Part shown: one piece after another, positions 1-13,400 of the stretch
Layout of the letters: every line of letters begins with the position of its first letter
Position numbering within the stretch: position 1 is the first letter of the stretch
Origin: Klebsormidium nitens
Taxonomy: Eukaryota > Plantae > Klebsormidiophyceae
Length of the DNA stretch: 64,000 nt
Direction: 5' to 3'
Assembly: GCA_000708835.1 (NCBI GenBank)
Contig: DF237230.1
Span: 1 to 64,000 of the forward strand
The notes under the pieces: generated by a model
Database searches by the model: none
Told to the model about the DNA's origin: nothing
Seen by the model: only the letters and a program-made list of their open reading frames with translations
Position numbers and translations under genes: made by a program

Positions 1-856
1 TAACCGGCAGCCATCCGGCACATGATGGGTAAGCGTTATTAAGAGCGGCACCCTATCCTAAATAGGAGCGGCGAGACCCGCTTTTTCCGATAGGCTTGTT
101 AGACGTGCGTAACAAACCTCAATTCAAGGTACTTATGTTTGCAACTAGGTGGATCTCTGCCATGCGGGAGACTGGTTGAACGATGTCTGCCATCCGGCCG
201 CCACATTGTTCCAACATCCGTCAGTAGCCGCATGGCGACTGAAAATCCGTATTGCCAGTAAAAGTCTGAGATTCAGCTTCATCCGTTCGAATCACATTAT
301 GCTGACAAACCCCATCTCGTATGCTGGGAGTCAACAGCTGGTTTGGGACCAGCGCGTATGGCGACGTCAACGAGGAGAATACCAAGACGAGAAGGATGGA
401 CGCGGGGGAGATGCGCCTAGTAAGCAATATGTTCCTCTCTCTTTAAACTGTCCGGATCCAGATTTCGGATGCCCAGAGATTGCCAAAAACAACTTTCCCC
501 CGTACTTCGTTCGCTGGGAGTGCTTGCCGGAATCCTGCCATTCCAAAAGCCAGGAGTCGGAACCTCTGCATGATCGTGAATCAGCGGTTTGCTTCGTAAA
601 CACCTGACGCTTCGATAGACCGTCAGCTAGACTTTCTTTTTCGACAATGAAATTCCCCAGTCTCGCAATCCGCGTCCTCGGAAAATTCCCATGCCCTTTT
701 TGCTATCTGCGGATCTCACTTGACCAGAATTAAAGACAAATCGTTTTACCGGTTTGTTTTCGATTCACCGGTTGTTTCTTTCCGCAGCCTATACTCTTTC
801 TGGACTCTGACTCCCTTTTCTGGAGAGACGGTGTAGTGAAATCCTCTTGCTGGCAG

Positions 857-2412
857 GTGCACGCGTTTGGGCACCTCGACGGCGACCTCGGGCTAAAGAA
901 CGGAGTGGTCGTGGCCGCCGCAAGCGAGTCGCTGGGCCTGCCCGCGGACGTCCGCGACACGCCCGGGGTGTACAAGGACGTCCGGAAGATGGTCCACCGC
1001 TTCGACCGGGAGGAGACGGGGGCCATTCTCACCAAAGTTCTACTTTGCGTAAGTCTTGAGACTTAGTCTGTTTTTTCTTTCGCAAAAGAAGCGGAGTGTC
1101 AATGTTAAGAGTGGTGGGAAAGCTTCGGGTACATCTTTCTGACGCCAGTCTCTTAGACCGGGCCCATTCTCACCAACTACTTTGCGTGAGTCTTGAGAGA
1201 TGGTCTGCATTTTACCCCCCAAGAAAATCTGGAGTATCAACGTTAACAATGGTGGGAAAGCTTTGGGCAGACCTTTTGACGCACAATTACTCCGATGGGG
1301 CCCATTCACACCGACTAGAATCGGACTCCGCGTGAATAATGAGGCTTCAATCTGTTATATTGCGGAGATGCAATGCGTCTGAAGGCGAAGATGCTTTGCG
1401 GCCATGTTGTTTACTCAAAATGCGACAAAACAGAGATATAGGGAGGATATGGGGGTATCTTGACCAGCTAAATTCGCGGCTTGTTGACTCTTTGCACAAG
1501 TGAAAAGAGAACTCTTCTGTATGTTCGGTTTGTTCGAAGCCGATAGCACATGGTCAAAGTACTCCGCTTTGCACTTCGAAGATGTTTACGAAAAGGAGAC
1601 GGGCAGCCTGGTCAGTCGCTTCACGCTAGTCATGCCTCTGTTTCGTGGTCACTTCGGCCAGTTATAGCAAAGACCAGCTTGTATCTAGACAGGTCGCTTT
1701 CAGAAGGAGACCAGCGTGCCGCTCTCTTACTCAATGTCACGCCTTCCTCAAGAAAAGTTGGTCGCACTCTGGTTGCATTTTTGAGAGCCCTACGTTTTAG
1801 CTACTGAGCAAAGGATCTGATATTCCTCGCCGTCGATGGCGCCAATCTTGAGGAATTGTCTCGCAGGAACGGCACAACTTCTTGAATCTTGATGACAGTT
1901 TTCATCTTGAAAGCTTGCTTGTCTATGCATGTTTCTTAGCAGGAGTCCGCTTGCGATCTGGATTCGACTTTGGTTCCATTTTACACTAGCTCTCTATGCT
2001 TTTGCTAGTAGATGCTCCTTGTTAAGTGCCGCCCATTTTCAGCGCTCCCATGATGAGTCCGTAAAGAGACTTTGCCCTGGTTAACGTGTTAGGAAACAAA
2101 CCCCCCCACACTCAACCTTTGACACTATCCTCCCAAGTTTGGCCTGACACGCCCTCGTCCCGCAGATGCGGTGTCATGATCAACGCGTCCAAGCGCCCCA
2201 ACAACGAGACCATAACCACCGCCCACTTTCTGACCGGGGGGAACGGACACGAGCTCCGTTACTACAGCCCTTTGCTTCAGGCGGATCGGCCGGCACTGCC
2301 GACTCCGGAAGCGTCGCAACCGTTGCTCGCAGAAGGGGGATACACTGGCGACGATCGACAGTCCGCGCCGAGGATTCGCAACTTTGTGCAGTCATTGAGT
2401 GGGGAGTTTTGA
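857..2412 (+). CDS. 3' exons of a hypothetical protein gene whose 5' part is not resolved
   Basis: Acceptor tggcag|857 opens a GC3-rich frame VHAFGHLDGDLGLKNG...FDREETGAILTK, with a donor gc|gtaagt at 1048. A second GC-rich exon follows the acceptor tcccgcag at ~2165 (CGVMINASKRPNNETITTAHFLTGGNGHELRYYSPLL...SGEF, TGA at 2410-2412). The two exon phases match only with an intermediate exon or a 1-nt frameshift. Family not recognised. Confidence 0.5.
1021..1325 (+). repeat. ~138-bp degenerate tandem repeat (3 copies) derived from an exon end and donor site
   Basis: ggccattctcacc at 1021, ggcccattctcacc at ~1161, ggcccattcacacc at ~1298. The motif tggtgggaaagctt recurs at ~1111 and ~1249. Confidence 0.8.
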
Positions 2413-3033
2413 GGAGCACGGACCGTCACCTGCGTTGAGTCTGTGATATGAATGTTTTCAGCTCAGATCGAACGCAGAATCACTCCGGAAGGATGAAGGG
2501 ACTTGGTAATCTGCTGATGAGGATAGATTTGAATCTTGGGCAGATTTTAATCTGACATGAGACCCATTCAAACACAAATTTCACATGGCACACTTTGAAA
2601 GCCTCTCAGTATGTGGTGCCCCAACTGCCTCGGGTTTCACGAGCGCAAGCTTAGGGGCGCGTATAAGCTCGACTCAAGCGGCCGCAGTTACTACATGCCT
2701 ACGGCCTACTTCCATAAGTTGCTTTCATGCATGATTCCTTGTACGCATCGACCGGGCCGATTCAATTGAACGGAGAAACCAGAGACGGAATCCTTCCAGT
2801 GACCGATGCGAGGTCGACAATTACATGATTGAGGCAGGCTTTGCATACATGACGATGATCGTGTTCCGGACATTTTCAAGTTTGAACTGAGTGAGAATTC
2901 AAAGCACTATGTATGCAAGACTACAAGACCGTCGTTGAGAAATGGTGCCAACTACTTGAACGGTCGAGGTGCTAGGCACATAGCCAAAAGTAGACATCAG
3001 CCGACTGCCGGTACGTGAGCTTATGCAACAGGC

Positions 3034-3120
3034 TGGCGTCGGAGCCAGGGATTGAACCCGCGACCATTGGAGAATCACAGGAGTTTCTCAGTTTGGACCT
3101 TAACCACTAGGTTAGACGGT
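3034..3120 (-). pseudogene. tRNA-derived pseudogene or SINE head
   Basis: The minus strand reads ACCGTCTAACCTAGTGGTTAAGG (A-box-like) ... GGTCGCGGGTTCAATCCCTGG (B-box/T-arm) CTCCGACGCCA and ends in CCA. The acceptor and anticodon stems pair poorly, so it is not called a functional tRNA. Confidence 0.5.
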
Positions 3121-4491
3121 TGCAACCGGATGACCCCTTCAAACATGCATTTGGGGCGCCAGCTTCCCTAGCTTGTTCATGACAACAGCAGCTGCCATGC
3201 CAGCATGATACAAGCCTAATCCTAGGTGCAGAGGCGCAACATTTGGGTTCGTAGCAGAGACGGCAACTTCATACTAGAATCTTTCATGCAATGCTGGTTG
3301 TCTCTCTACGAAGGGCACATTTGCTGGATCTGAGCTGCCCAGGAAGTGCCACCTGTCTGCGTGGCGGAGTCGCTTGCGAACAAGCCGGTGATGACACTCT
3401 TGCAGAACAGCAAATGAGGTTTGTGTAAGATTGCAGGAAGAGAGTCAGACTTGGCTGCTAGGGAAAAGGGAGCTTGGTAAATTGCACCACCTCGCGAAAC
3501 ACTTGTCTATATTACAGACCAGGGGCATGGGGCATTGGGCATCAAAGTAGCTGAACTATTCCAGGCTGCCTTTTTTGTGGACACAAAAGTATCTCTGGAA
3601 ATGAGCTTCACCTTAAACTGCTGACGGGGGCTTAGTTGTAGAGTTTGAAAACAATTGAGAGTTGAAGCTGCAGGTGAGGAACACCAATGAGCCCATGCGG
3701 AGTTATGTCACTTTTTCAAACTTGTGAGGTCAGACTCGATCAATTGTGTAATGTGACCACCTTTCGCACGTCCACTTCTGGTGGTTGATGGCTCGCTTTG
3801 AACAAAGCGTAGTGGTCGCCCGAAAGACTGGGCAATTGCTTGATTTAGCCGTTGTCTGTGAACAAAGCGCTTTCATGCTAAGTTGCTGTTGATTATGACT
3901 GGTGACTAGTTCTCTTCAGTTGCTTTCTGACACTTTAGAATGATAATTGAGTTAGATCCTCTGATCTTTCGTTCTCCGCAATGGAGTAGAAACATAAGCA
4001 GTGTCTTGCTTGCAATGCTGCAATATGTCAACTACAGCCCCAGGGAGATCCATAACAAGGTTGCCATCTGAATGTGGACAGTGCTTTCGACCACTAATTT
4101 CAAGGAGGCCTCTCCATTGCAGCTTCACTTGCTCCTTGCAGAATATTATTCTTGAGGCAAAATGGGGGCAGACTTTGCAAATCAAAGTGCCCTCTGAACT
4201 CTGCGTCCTTGTTGTGTTGAGAAGATGCTTCTTCTGGTTCCCTTCTGCAGCATCTTGTTGATTGCAGTTACAGCATAATGGGGGGAGATTTCACACCTCT
4301 GAACTCTCCGTTTGGTTTTGTTAAGAATTGCAACAAGCAATTAGAATCCAGAACAGTGCGCTTTCAAAGACACGGTCCGAACCACTTGAAGTTTAAATAG
4401 TCGACGACTTTGCCGACTGTGATCGACCACCTCAAAGCTTAGCTTCGCCTCGAGAAAAAAGGTGCATCTTCATCCTTGCAGTGGAACTAGT

Positions 4492-7400
4492 ATGGGGAGC
4501 CACTCGTTGGCAACTCCGGAACCGTCTGAGAATCAGGAGCCAATTGAGAACGAGGCGGTGCTGGAACCCGCAAGCTTTTGGTCGAGGGCGCGGGTCGCGT
4601 TCTACAGCGCAATTGTCAACCAGAAGCATGGAGAGCTTTTGCACTCGGAAGGTGAGACGTTTGGTATTACACAAAATCCTGCTGGAAGTTATGAAAAGGT
4701 GTTCTAGAAAGTTTTTTTTGGAAGAAGGATTGATTTCTTCGTAAGCAAGCGGTGGGAGCAGGAGTCTGCAAATTACAAATCTCAGATGTCATAAGGTTTC
4801 TTTTGGACTTGTTCAAAACAAGAGGACGAGGTTTCATGTTGTCAAAAGACCAAGAGGCTATCAAAAATACTTTGCCTTGGTCATAGACGGCTACATAGTC
4901 TGGCGCTTTGAGAAGGTTATCAACAAGCCACCATCAAAGACTGGACTAAGAGCAACTCTCTTGGCATGATTAGTCATCATCATCCGTTCTTCCCTTGGGA
5001 TGAATCATCGTCACAACTTGACTAGAAGAGCCTTGAGCCCCGAGGATTGAACAGTACTGAAGGTTACCATACTCTAAAACCTAGGTTAGATTTCTCTTAC
5101 GGGCTTTCGTTAAGCTAAACCAGGATCAAATCTGGACTCGCACTCTACAGCTTGTTACGAAACCTGTCTTTGTTTGTTGCAGGAACCGTCTCTGGAGATG
5201 CTCCAGAGGAAGCAAGGGAAGCAGAGGTTGCACATGATGAAATGCCCCCAGAGTGAGCAGCAAGCTTTTCATTTGCCACAATAACTTCTGAGGGTTATTC
5301 ACTTAGAGATTCCTCTATGTTGACTAATCAACAAGGTGGATTTGATGCAGATTTTTCACTAGCAATGAACCCAGACTCAGAAGGGGTGGAGGAAACCTAG
5401 AATGAGAATCCTCCACTGAAGACGTTGGACATTTGTGGCAGGCCATCAGTGACCGAAGTGAAGCAAGAACAAATTGCCACAGACAGAAGTTGTCCCTCCC
5501 TCCCTCGTATAGCTGTGGATTCTCAAACCCTCTACAAATACGTTTGGTTGGGAATATCATTCACCCGCTATACTTGCCAGTGCGTCAAGTGAATCTGGCC
5601 AAGTCGACGACATTGCATGGTGCCCTCAGAGACTTCGTTCTGGTCGCCTTGTCTAGGCAGTAAGACTTCGTGGCAAAAGAAGAGGGCGAATTTAGAGTCA
5701 GACGCAGTATACATTGAGGGGTGTGAATTTTGAAAGCAAGAGTGAAGAATTGCGCCCCATTGAGGTCTTAAATCCCACAGAACTCTGGACGAACAACACC
5801 CCGTCAAGTTGCCATGCCCGCTGGTTCCAACAATTGTGCGAATAATAGATTTTTATTGTTTATTATTTGCACAAATAATTTACCCTCCTGCAGGCCGCAG
5901 CGCGTTGGCGAACAGGTCGAGTACAGCCAATCGATGCGCGACACCTGGCTGCAATATTTGCACGAAGAGATCACGCTGCTCAAGGTGGGGTTTCTTCCAT
6001 GTAACCCTTCCCTTCAAACTCTTACAAACTTGTGTGAGTTTGACAACCCTCTCATATACGGTTTGCTGGATGTGGGCCGTGTGTAAGGGGACTGTTTGTG
6101 AAGTAAATCACCTTTTTCTCCGGTCTTTTGTCCATATTGATCAAGTTAAGGGAAACGTTTGGGTACGAATGTTTCCGGCATGCCCTCAATACACCGCCCG
6201 CTCGACGGGTTCTTAAGGAGCTCCCTTCTGAGAAAGTCTGCCCTGGGAATGGCCTCTGGGAGCTCTTGTCGTAAACCATCAACATACCTTTTGAAAACCG
6301 GTCAGACTGCTCGGCCACTTTCCTTTCCGCTTCCGAGTCACCGATCCTGAAGCGCTTTGCCAGAGCGCCGAGCATTGACCGTCTTTGAATGTAGATCTCT
6401 GAGCTTATTGTGGTTTGCGTACCATACTTCGTCCCCCAGCGCTCTAAATCGGTCAGCCAGTACCACTGAGGTGTGCCAGAATCGTCAGTCTGCTCCACAA
6501 GTTGCTTCAACATCTTTCTTCATGCATCGCTTGTCCTGTGCAGATCACGAGTCGAAGTCAGAACCCAAAGTGCTCTTGTCGTTCCCTCAAATCGAGCGCC
6601 AAAGCGAATTTCTCGCTCAAGCTTAAACGGCCTTCTTCAAAACGAAAGTCGAGTGCGACTTGCAGCTTAGAAATCAACCTGCTCTCGCCTTTTCTTCAGG
6701 TCCAGCGCCAAAACGACTCCCTCGCGCCAGCTCAGGACTCCCCCCCCGGCAGCCGCAAATCCCAACCCCCCAAGCGCTCCCCCTGGGCCGACCTTCCTTC
6801 AGCCTCTCCCCCTCCAAAAGCGACCGGTTCCCTTGTCAAAACCCCTCCGTCCTTTTCTCGAGTAGTCTCCGTTCGGACCGTCCACTCGCGGCCCCCGCGA
6901 CCGACGTCCGACGAGCTGCCACGTGGCATGCAGCCACTGGTCCTGCGGAGGCGGGGCCCGTTGATCCGTTCTGGGTCCCTCACCGCTCTAGTTATCTCTC
7001 AGGCACAGAAAAGCGGGGTGAGTGATTTCGGGGGCTCGGTAAGCGCGAAAGATCTAGGCGCGGAGGATTTGAACGGAAGCGATGCGGAGAGAAGGATGAG
7101 GGCCGGACGGAGGCAGCGCGCGAAATCGGGGCTCCCAGGGGGGCTGGAAAGGCTGGCGGAGGATCCCCCCCGGGCGAAGGCCCCCGCGAGTTCGGCGCAG
7201 CGGAGGGCGCAGAGAGCGGTCCTGGAGAGGAACGAAAGGTGCGCTGTGCTCGACGCGTCACTCAATCACATTGAAGGCCTGTGCCCTTTGTTCTTGAAGT
7301 TAGCCGCATACTGCGCCTTTCTGTTTTTCAGTAGGTCTTCCCACGTCGGTTGTGGAAACTGATAAACCCAATGTGTGCGAAGAAAAGGAGAAAACTTGGT

Positions 7401-10400
7401 CCGAGTGAATCTCGATCGCTCGACTTCCTGATGAAAGTCAAGCGCACTTGCCGATTATGCTGACATTTTCCAGGCAGTCCAACGCCCTCTTTCAGCCGAA
7501 GGGAAGTTGATTTTTGAGTGGCAACCCGAGCTGACACCGATTTCGGATCGGGAGCGTCCGCGCCGCATCAGGAAAGCTTGCTCTGGCCTGCTTGACAAGT
7601 GGCTTGGACCGTTGACAGCCCATCCAGACAGGATATAGAGGCCACTGCTTATTGCCCTTCCTTCGCTCGCATTCGCTCTCTGGTTATACACAGTTAAGTG
7701 TTTCGCGATTTTTCAGGGTCTCTCAGGTGCGTTTCTTCGTCCAGTGGGCTTCTGCTTCCACTCCTTTTTCTGGCCTTCCCTCCATGGTTGTTCTGTCCTC
7801 TTTCTCTCGTTTTCTGCTGCTGTATGAAATGAATAGTGAGGGCGCCCAGGCATACAGCCTGACGTCGTTTCGATCGCGTGTGACGTCATGCAGCGGCATC
7901 AGCGCTGCGACCGCGGCCGCGGAGGCGGCCCACGTGGGTGGAAAGCGCGTGCGCAGCATGTGGAGCAAGATGAAGATGGCGCTCGGGAGCCGCAGCAAAG
8001 ACAAGTCCGGGCCGCGGGTGAGGGTTAGGAACGGCAGCGTTTCTTAACCTGCGTTTTAACCGTCTTCTTAACCTGCGTTTAAGCGGCATGACATCGAAGG
8101 GTTAGCATGCCCGTTTACACAGTATTTTCCCTGTTATTAAAAGATTCTGCTGTACGGTATACATTATCGATCAAGAGTTCGATGCTTTCTGCAGTACCCG
8201 TGGAACACTCCTCGACTTTCTGCTGCGGCTGCCATTAACGGTTGGTAAAGCGCTTGGGCCTCAGAAGAATCATTATATGGGCTGGTATGGCAGTGGTCTC
8301 GTTTCGTATTTTTCCGCTGATATTCTGAAACTTTTGCGTTGGCTACTAACCAGCAATCAACCAAAGGTCTTAGCGGGCCATTTTGAAAAATCGAGGCAGA
8401 GTAACGGTCAGTGTTTTTAAACTTCCGTTGCGCTTTGGAGCATTGCGTCTTGACACGGACGTCCGAACGTGTCTGCAGAAGCCGGACATGGACGCCCTCA
8501 GTTCGGCGGTCCGTGCAGGGGAGCTGCCTCCGGCAAAGCGCGGCGCGGCCTGGCTGGCGCTGGCACTACAAGATGCGCAGGTGGGTTTCATTTCGAGCTA
8601 CTTGGAAGAAGGGATAGTGCAGGGATCATCCATCTTTCCAAGTCCGCGCTAGATTTTTGGACGGGTTGAAGGGGTCCTGTATGGAAAATTTTAAGGGAGC
8701 GTGTTTGAGAAGTCGGGATTGGCACAAAGACTCTGCGTTTACATTGCTCAGCTTCAAATAGCAGGCTGTCTCAGTAACACATGTATGCATAGCCCTAAAA
8801 CCCTAAAAGCGCGGCGCCGTATCGGTGGCGGGTATCATAAAGCCATACGCTTTGAACCAGCTAAGTAGTAGGATATTGATCAGTGCGACGTCGGGGAATG
8901 CGGCAGTGACGGTTTGCTGACGGGTTAAATTGCGTTTGTTGTAACGGATTACCTGACCGGTTAGTGTGCTTCATGTTTCACAGCCGTCAGCCTGACGTCA
9001 TTGCTTGGCGTGGTGCAGGACATCGTCGACGCGAAGCGCCGGTACGCGAGCTTCATCGCCCTGAAACTAGATCAAGATCCGTAAGTTGACGCGTTCCCAG
9101 TTCGCGTATCTGCATAGTCCCTACGCGCATTCCGATCGAGAAACGGTCTCAAGCATCTTTGTGGTCAATCTTGGAAGAGCATTTACGGGCAGCCGAAAGC
9201 GTGCTCGCATATGCATCTCAACTTGACGATTCTGTCTGTAGAGAGATCAAGCGCGACATCAACCGGACGTTTCCCGAGCATCCGCTGTTCCAAGAGGAGG
9301 ACGGACCGGGTCAAAAGGCCCTGCTTAACGTGATGAAGGCGTATGCGGTGAGTCTCGCGTTGTTTGAAATTAAGCGTAGCCTTAAGGAAATCTTCGATGA
9401 AGCAATGCCTTGCACGATTGTTAATTTTGGTGATCGAATCCTTGTTTCGTCTGTGCCAACTTTGGACTATGTACTTACATTGTCGGCCACCGTTCAGAAA
9501 TTCTGGTGCTCCGTACAAGATTTGTTAACCATCTTTGCGAACAACCTGCACTCCCGAAAGCTATATTGTGTTCGATCCGGATCTCGAAAGTCCAATGCGG
9601 CACACAATCTATGATTTCACCCCGTGCGCCAAGAACCAACAGGGAGGCTTCACAGTTTCCTAAAGATTTTGCCAACCTGAAGGCACCTCTTCTGCGCAGA
9701 ACTCAAAATGTCCAGCGAATAATTGTCGAACAGGTTGCGTGCGCCCTGATTCCCCAATCGGATTACTTCAAAGAATCGCAGATAGAGTACGAGGTCTCAG
9801 GGTAGCGGTCAAGTGGACCGGTCAATCCTCAGAGGGCAACGTCGACGCAACAGTTGCACTTCATACTTGGATCCAAAAGTCTAGTCCTCTTTCAGGCATA
9901 CCATCCCGAAGTGGGCTATTGCCAGGGCTCGTCCTTCCAGCTGTCACGTCAACTCCAAATGTTCAAATTCTGACGCGTACGCGCTCATCATTCCGACGCC
10001 CTTTTCAAGCCGCGACGACCGGGTTCTTCATCAAAAAAAAAAAGGAAAACCGAAAAGAGAGAAATCAAATCATTCATTAAGCCAGTAAGCTTCTCCTTTC
10101 CCACCAGGCTTACGACCCCGAAGTCGGCTACTGCCAGGGCATGGCCTTCCTCGCCGCTATCTTTCTCATGCACATGGGCGAAGAAGACGCGTTCGCGGTG
10201 CTCATTCACACCACGTACCGCTGCGGTTTCCGTGCGACTTTCCTCCCGGACATGGACCAACTCCAGGCCCGGCTGTACCAGCTGACTCAGCTGGTGCAAG
10301 AGGCCCTGCCGCAGCTGGATGCGCACATGGAAGAGCTGGGGATTCGGCCGGTGAGGCGTAAAACAAGGCCTCTCGTTCTTTCGCGACGGGAGCCTCCGAT

Positions 10401-13400
10401 CTTCTATTTGTTTGAACACAGGCTTTTGTTCCAAAGGCTCTGTAAGCGCTTCTTAAAGCGGGATGCGCACATGGAAGAGGTGGGGATCCGGCCGGTGATG
10501 CGCAGAACAAAGCCTTTTTGTCTTTGTAGTGTTGGTTTCTTTGGTCGCGGCGATTATGAGCTTTGCTCGAAAGTCCCTCTAAAGGTGGTTGCACTTGGAG
10601 TTGCACATGGAAGAGCTGAGGATTCGGCCGAAACGGCACAGAATTTTCCAGACGGAGCGCAGAAATTAGAAGTGGCTGGGGGACAGCACGAGATTGTATC
10701 GTGGCCGTTCATCTTTGGACATCCAAAGATGGACAGTACAAACTTGTTGCTATACAAGGGTTGTGCCATTCTTGATGCAGAAGCTTCTTGAAAACCTGTC
10801 CTGGTGCGCCTGGGCTGCCCATAGCTAAACTGGGGTTGTTACATGAAGATCGGACGGCTGCAACACGATCATGGCTAGCGCGACTTCGCCTGTCCGCTTT
10901 GCCTGCCAAAGCCGCTGTCTCCTTTTCATCTGCGTTTCGGAAAGTTTTGAGTGTTACTTGTACTCGAGACTTTGCTCGAATACCCCTGTGGAAACCGCTT
11001 AAAGCCCTCAACGGGAGCATGGAAAAGCCGAGAGCCTGTTAGTGAGGCACTATACAGGGCCTCTTGTTTCGGCAATTTAAGCATGTTGAATCGAGTCTTT
11101 CGCCATGTCTTTGGACCATTTTACCAACCGCTTGCCCGCCCTCAAGCTTGAACAGCACACTTGACGCGAAGTGAGGCCGTTGTAGCCTTTTGTTCCGGCC
11201 ACTGATCGCGCTCTTTATTAAGACTAATGGCGGCCTGTCACGTGGCAGGTGATGTACGCGGCCCCCTGGTTTCTGACCGCGTTCGCGAGCACCCTTCCGC
11301 TTCCGCTCGTGTTCCGCGTCCTTGACGTCATCCTCGCCGAGCGGAGCTCCGCCATGATCTTCCGCACCGCGCTCGTCCTGCTGCAGGCAAGTACGCTTTG
11401 CGGTTCCAAGGTTCTGAACTTTTCCAAGGCTGTAGGTCTTCCAAAGACAAAGTTCTGTTTATGCACGTAGGGTTTGTGAAGCTGTTATATAGGTGACGCT
11501 TACGGTCGTTCAGCCATTGCTGACTCCGCCCATTCGACAGAATAGCTTCGCGTCTCGTCCGTCAGTGGGCTAAAAGAAAACCTTGCTTCCTCAAGCCCGT
11601 ATGTTGATTTCGCTGTCGCTTTATCTTGATTGGGTTGTGCTTCAAGCCTTCGGAACGGCCAAGCGGGGCGGTCGGGCTTGTCACATGGTCAAACGTTTGT
11701 AGAAAAACTGGGCATTTCCACGGGAGTCCGCTCCTTTTACCTCCTTGGAGGTCAACTCGTCTCTAACATTGCTACAGCTTTTGTCAAAGCTCCCATGCTT
11801 GTCACGATGCCTGTTCTCGTAATTTCGCTCCTTCCAATACCTGTTATTTACCTCTCCGCATGCCAAACGACACCCTTTAAGGTGTTGCTCCCTCTTCAGT
11901 TTCTGCACCCCCCACCCCACCAAGCTGACTAGCACAAGCAGAATAGCGTCCTTGACGGCTTAGTGCATGTATCTTGATAAACACAACGCGCTTACTCTTA
12001 AAGGCAACTCAACAAAGACGATGGGGATTGGGCTGAATCGACTTTTTCTTCTCCCCGCAGGTCAGCCTGCGCCAGCTACTGCAATGCATCGAGGCGGAGC
12101 ACTTTGTGCACTTCGTTCGGCGGGAGCTGTCGGTCCAGCTGGATACTCTAGCGCCGGCGGACTTGGAAGAGATCCCCGCCAAAGCGCTGCGGGTCGACCT
12201 GCCCTTTGACAGCATGCTGCGACTGGAAGCAGGCAAGTGCCACATCAAACCTAGAAAACCTACTAAGAAAACCCCTAAAACTTCCAAGAAAGTCGGTAAT
12301 ACTTCAGGATATCAATCTGATACGTCTACCTTTCGACAGCATGCTGCACCTGAAAGCTGGCTGATCCAAGAGAAGGAGTAAGTGTCTGCGTATTTGAGCA
12401 TCAGTATTAGCAAGAAGACTATTTGCGAACAAGTTTGCCAAGCCTTGCGAAAAGGTCGTATTCTGCGCGTTCATTAGACCGCTGAATGAGTTTGCGCGGA
12501 CGACCAGAACACAGACTAGGCTGAGCAGTGTCCTGCGTGCGGTCAACCGGCAGTCCCTCGAAAAGGGGTCTCTTTTCGAAGCCGATCAGAGACAGACTCT
12601 TCCACAAGCAAGTTGTTGGATTTCATCTACTGGACGCAGAGTGTCGAGTTTCAGGACAATGATTCTTACCTCCAAATTTCCAGGCTTGGAAGCTCAGTGA
12701 GGTTTTGAATTCCCCGCGCAATTTGACTTGATGTCCGATACGTTTCTGCAGAATACGAGCTGCTCGCGGAGCTTGACGATCTCGTCGGCAGATAGAGATT
12801 TGCCACCACATAATATCAGACAGTCCTGCGGTTCTTCTAGATATTGTCTAGCTTACAGACTATCCGATGCGTTTTGCAGAATACGAGCTGCTCGCGGAAG
12901 AGGCCGCCACCGCGGCAAACGAGATCGACGCCGCTGCTGACGCCGGCCAGGCGGCCGCAGAGGCGTGGGAGAAAGCGCGCGTGGAGCTGGAAACACGTCT
13001 GGCCTTTGCGCTCCAAGCGCAGGTGATTAGTGTTTTCTCTGTTCTGAGTGCCACATTTCAAGCGCAGATTTGGTTTGTTGAGTGCTCTTAGTGTCCCAAT
13101 TTTCAAGCGCAGTTGGATGTGTTGAGTGTTCTTCGTGTTCGAGTGTCACTCTTTAAAGCGCAGATTTGGCTTGTTAAGTGTTCTTAGGGTCTCGAATGTC
13201 ACTCTTCGAGCGCAGATTTGGTTTATTGGTGACCTGCAAAGTGGAGCTGGCGAAATGGGCGAGCGTCTGCGCTGCGGGCACAGGGCAGCCTTTAGGGTCC
13301 GAAGTGCTATTCTCTGACGGCTGATTCGGCTTGCGTGTGACCATAACGGAGCTGCGCAATCTTCGCAATTAGGTATAGCCTGACTAGCTAAACGCGTCAA

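Noticed and set aside
149-607. 152-codon plus-strand ORF at the window start
   Set aside because: It has a non-ATG start, no motif and no clear splice link to the 857 exon.
950-1000. TPGVYKDVRKMV resembling the RtcB C-terminal motif
   Set aside because: The protein continues with unrelated sequence and no other RtcB motifs are visible.
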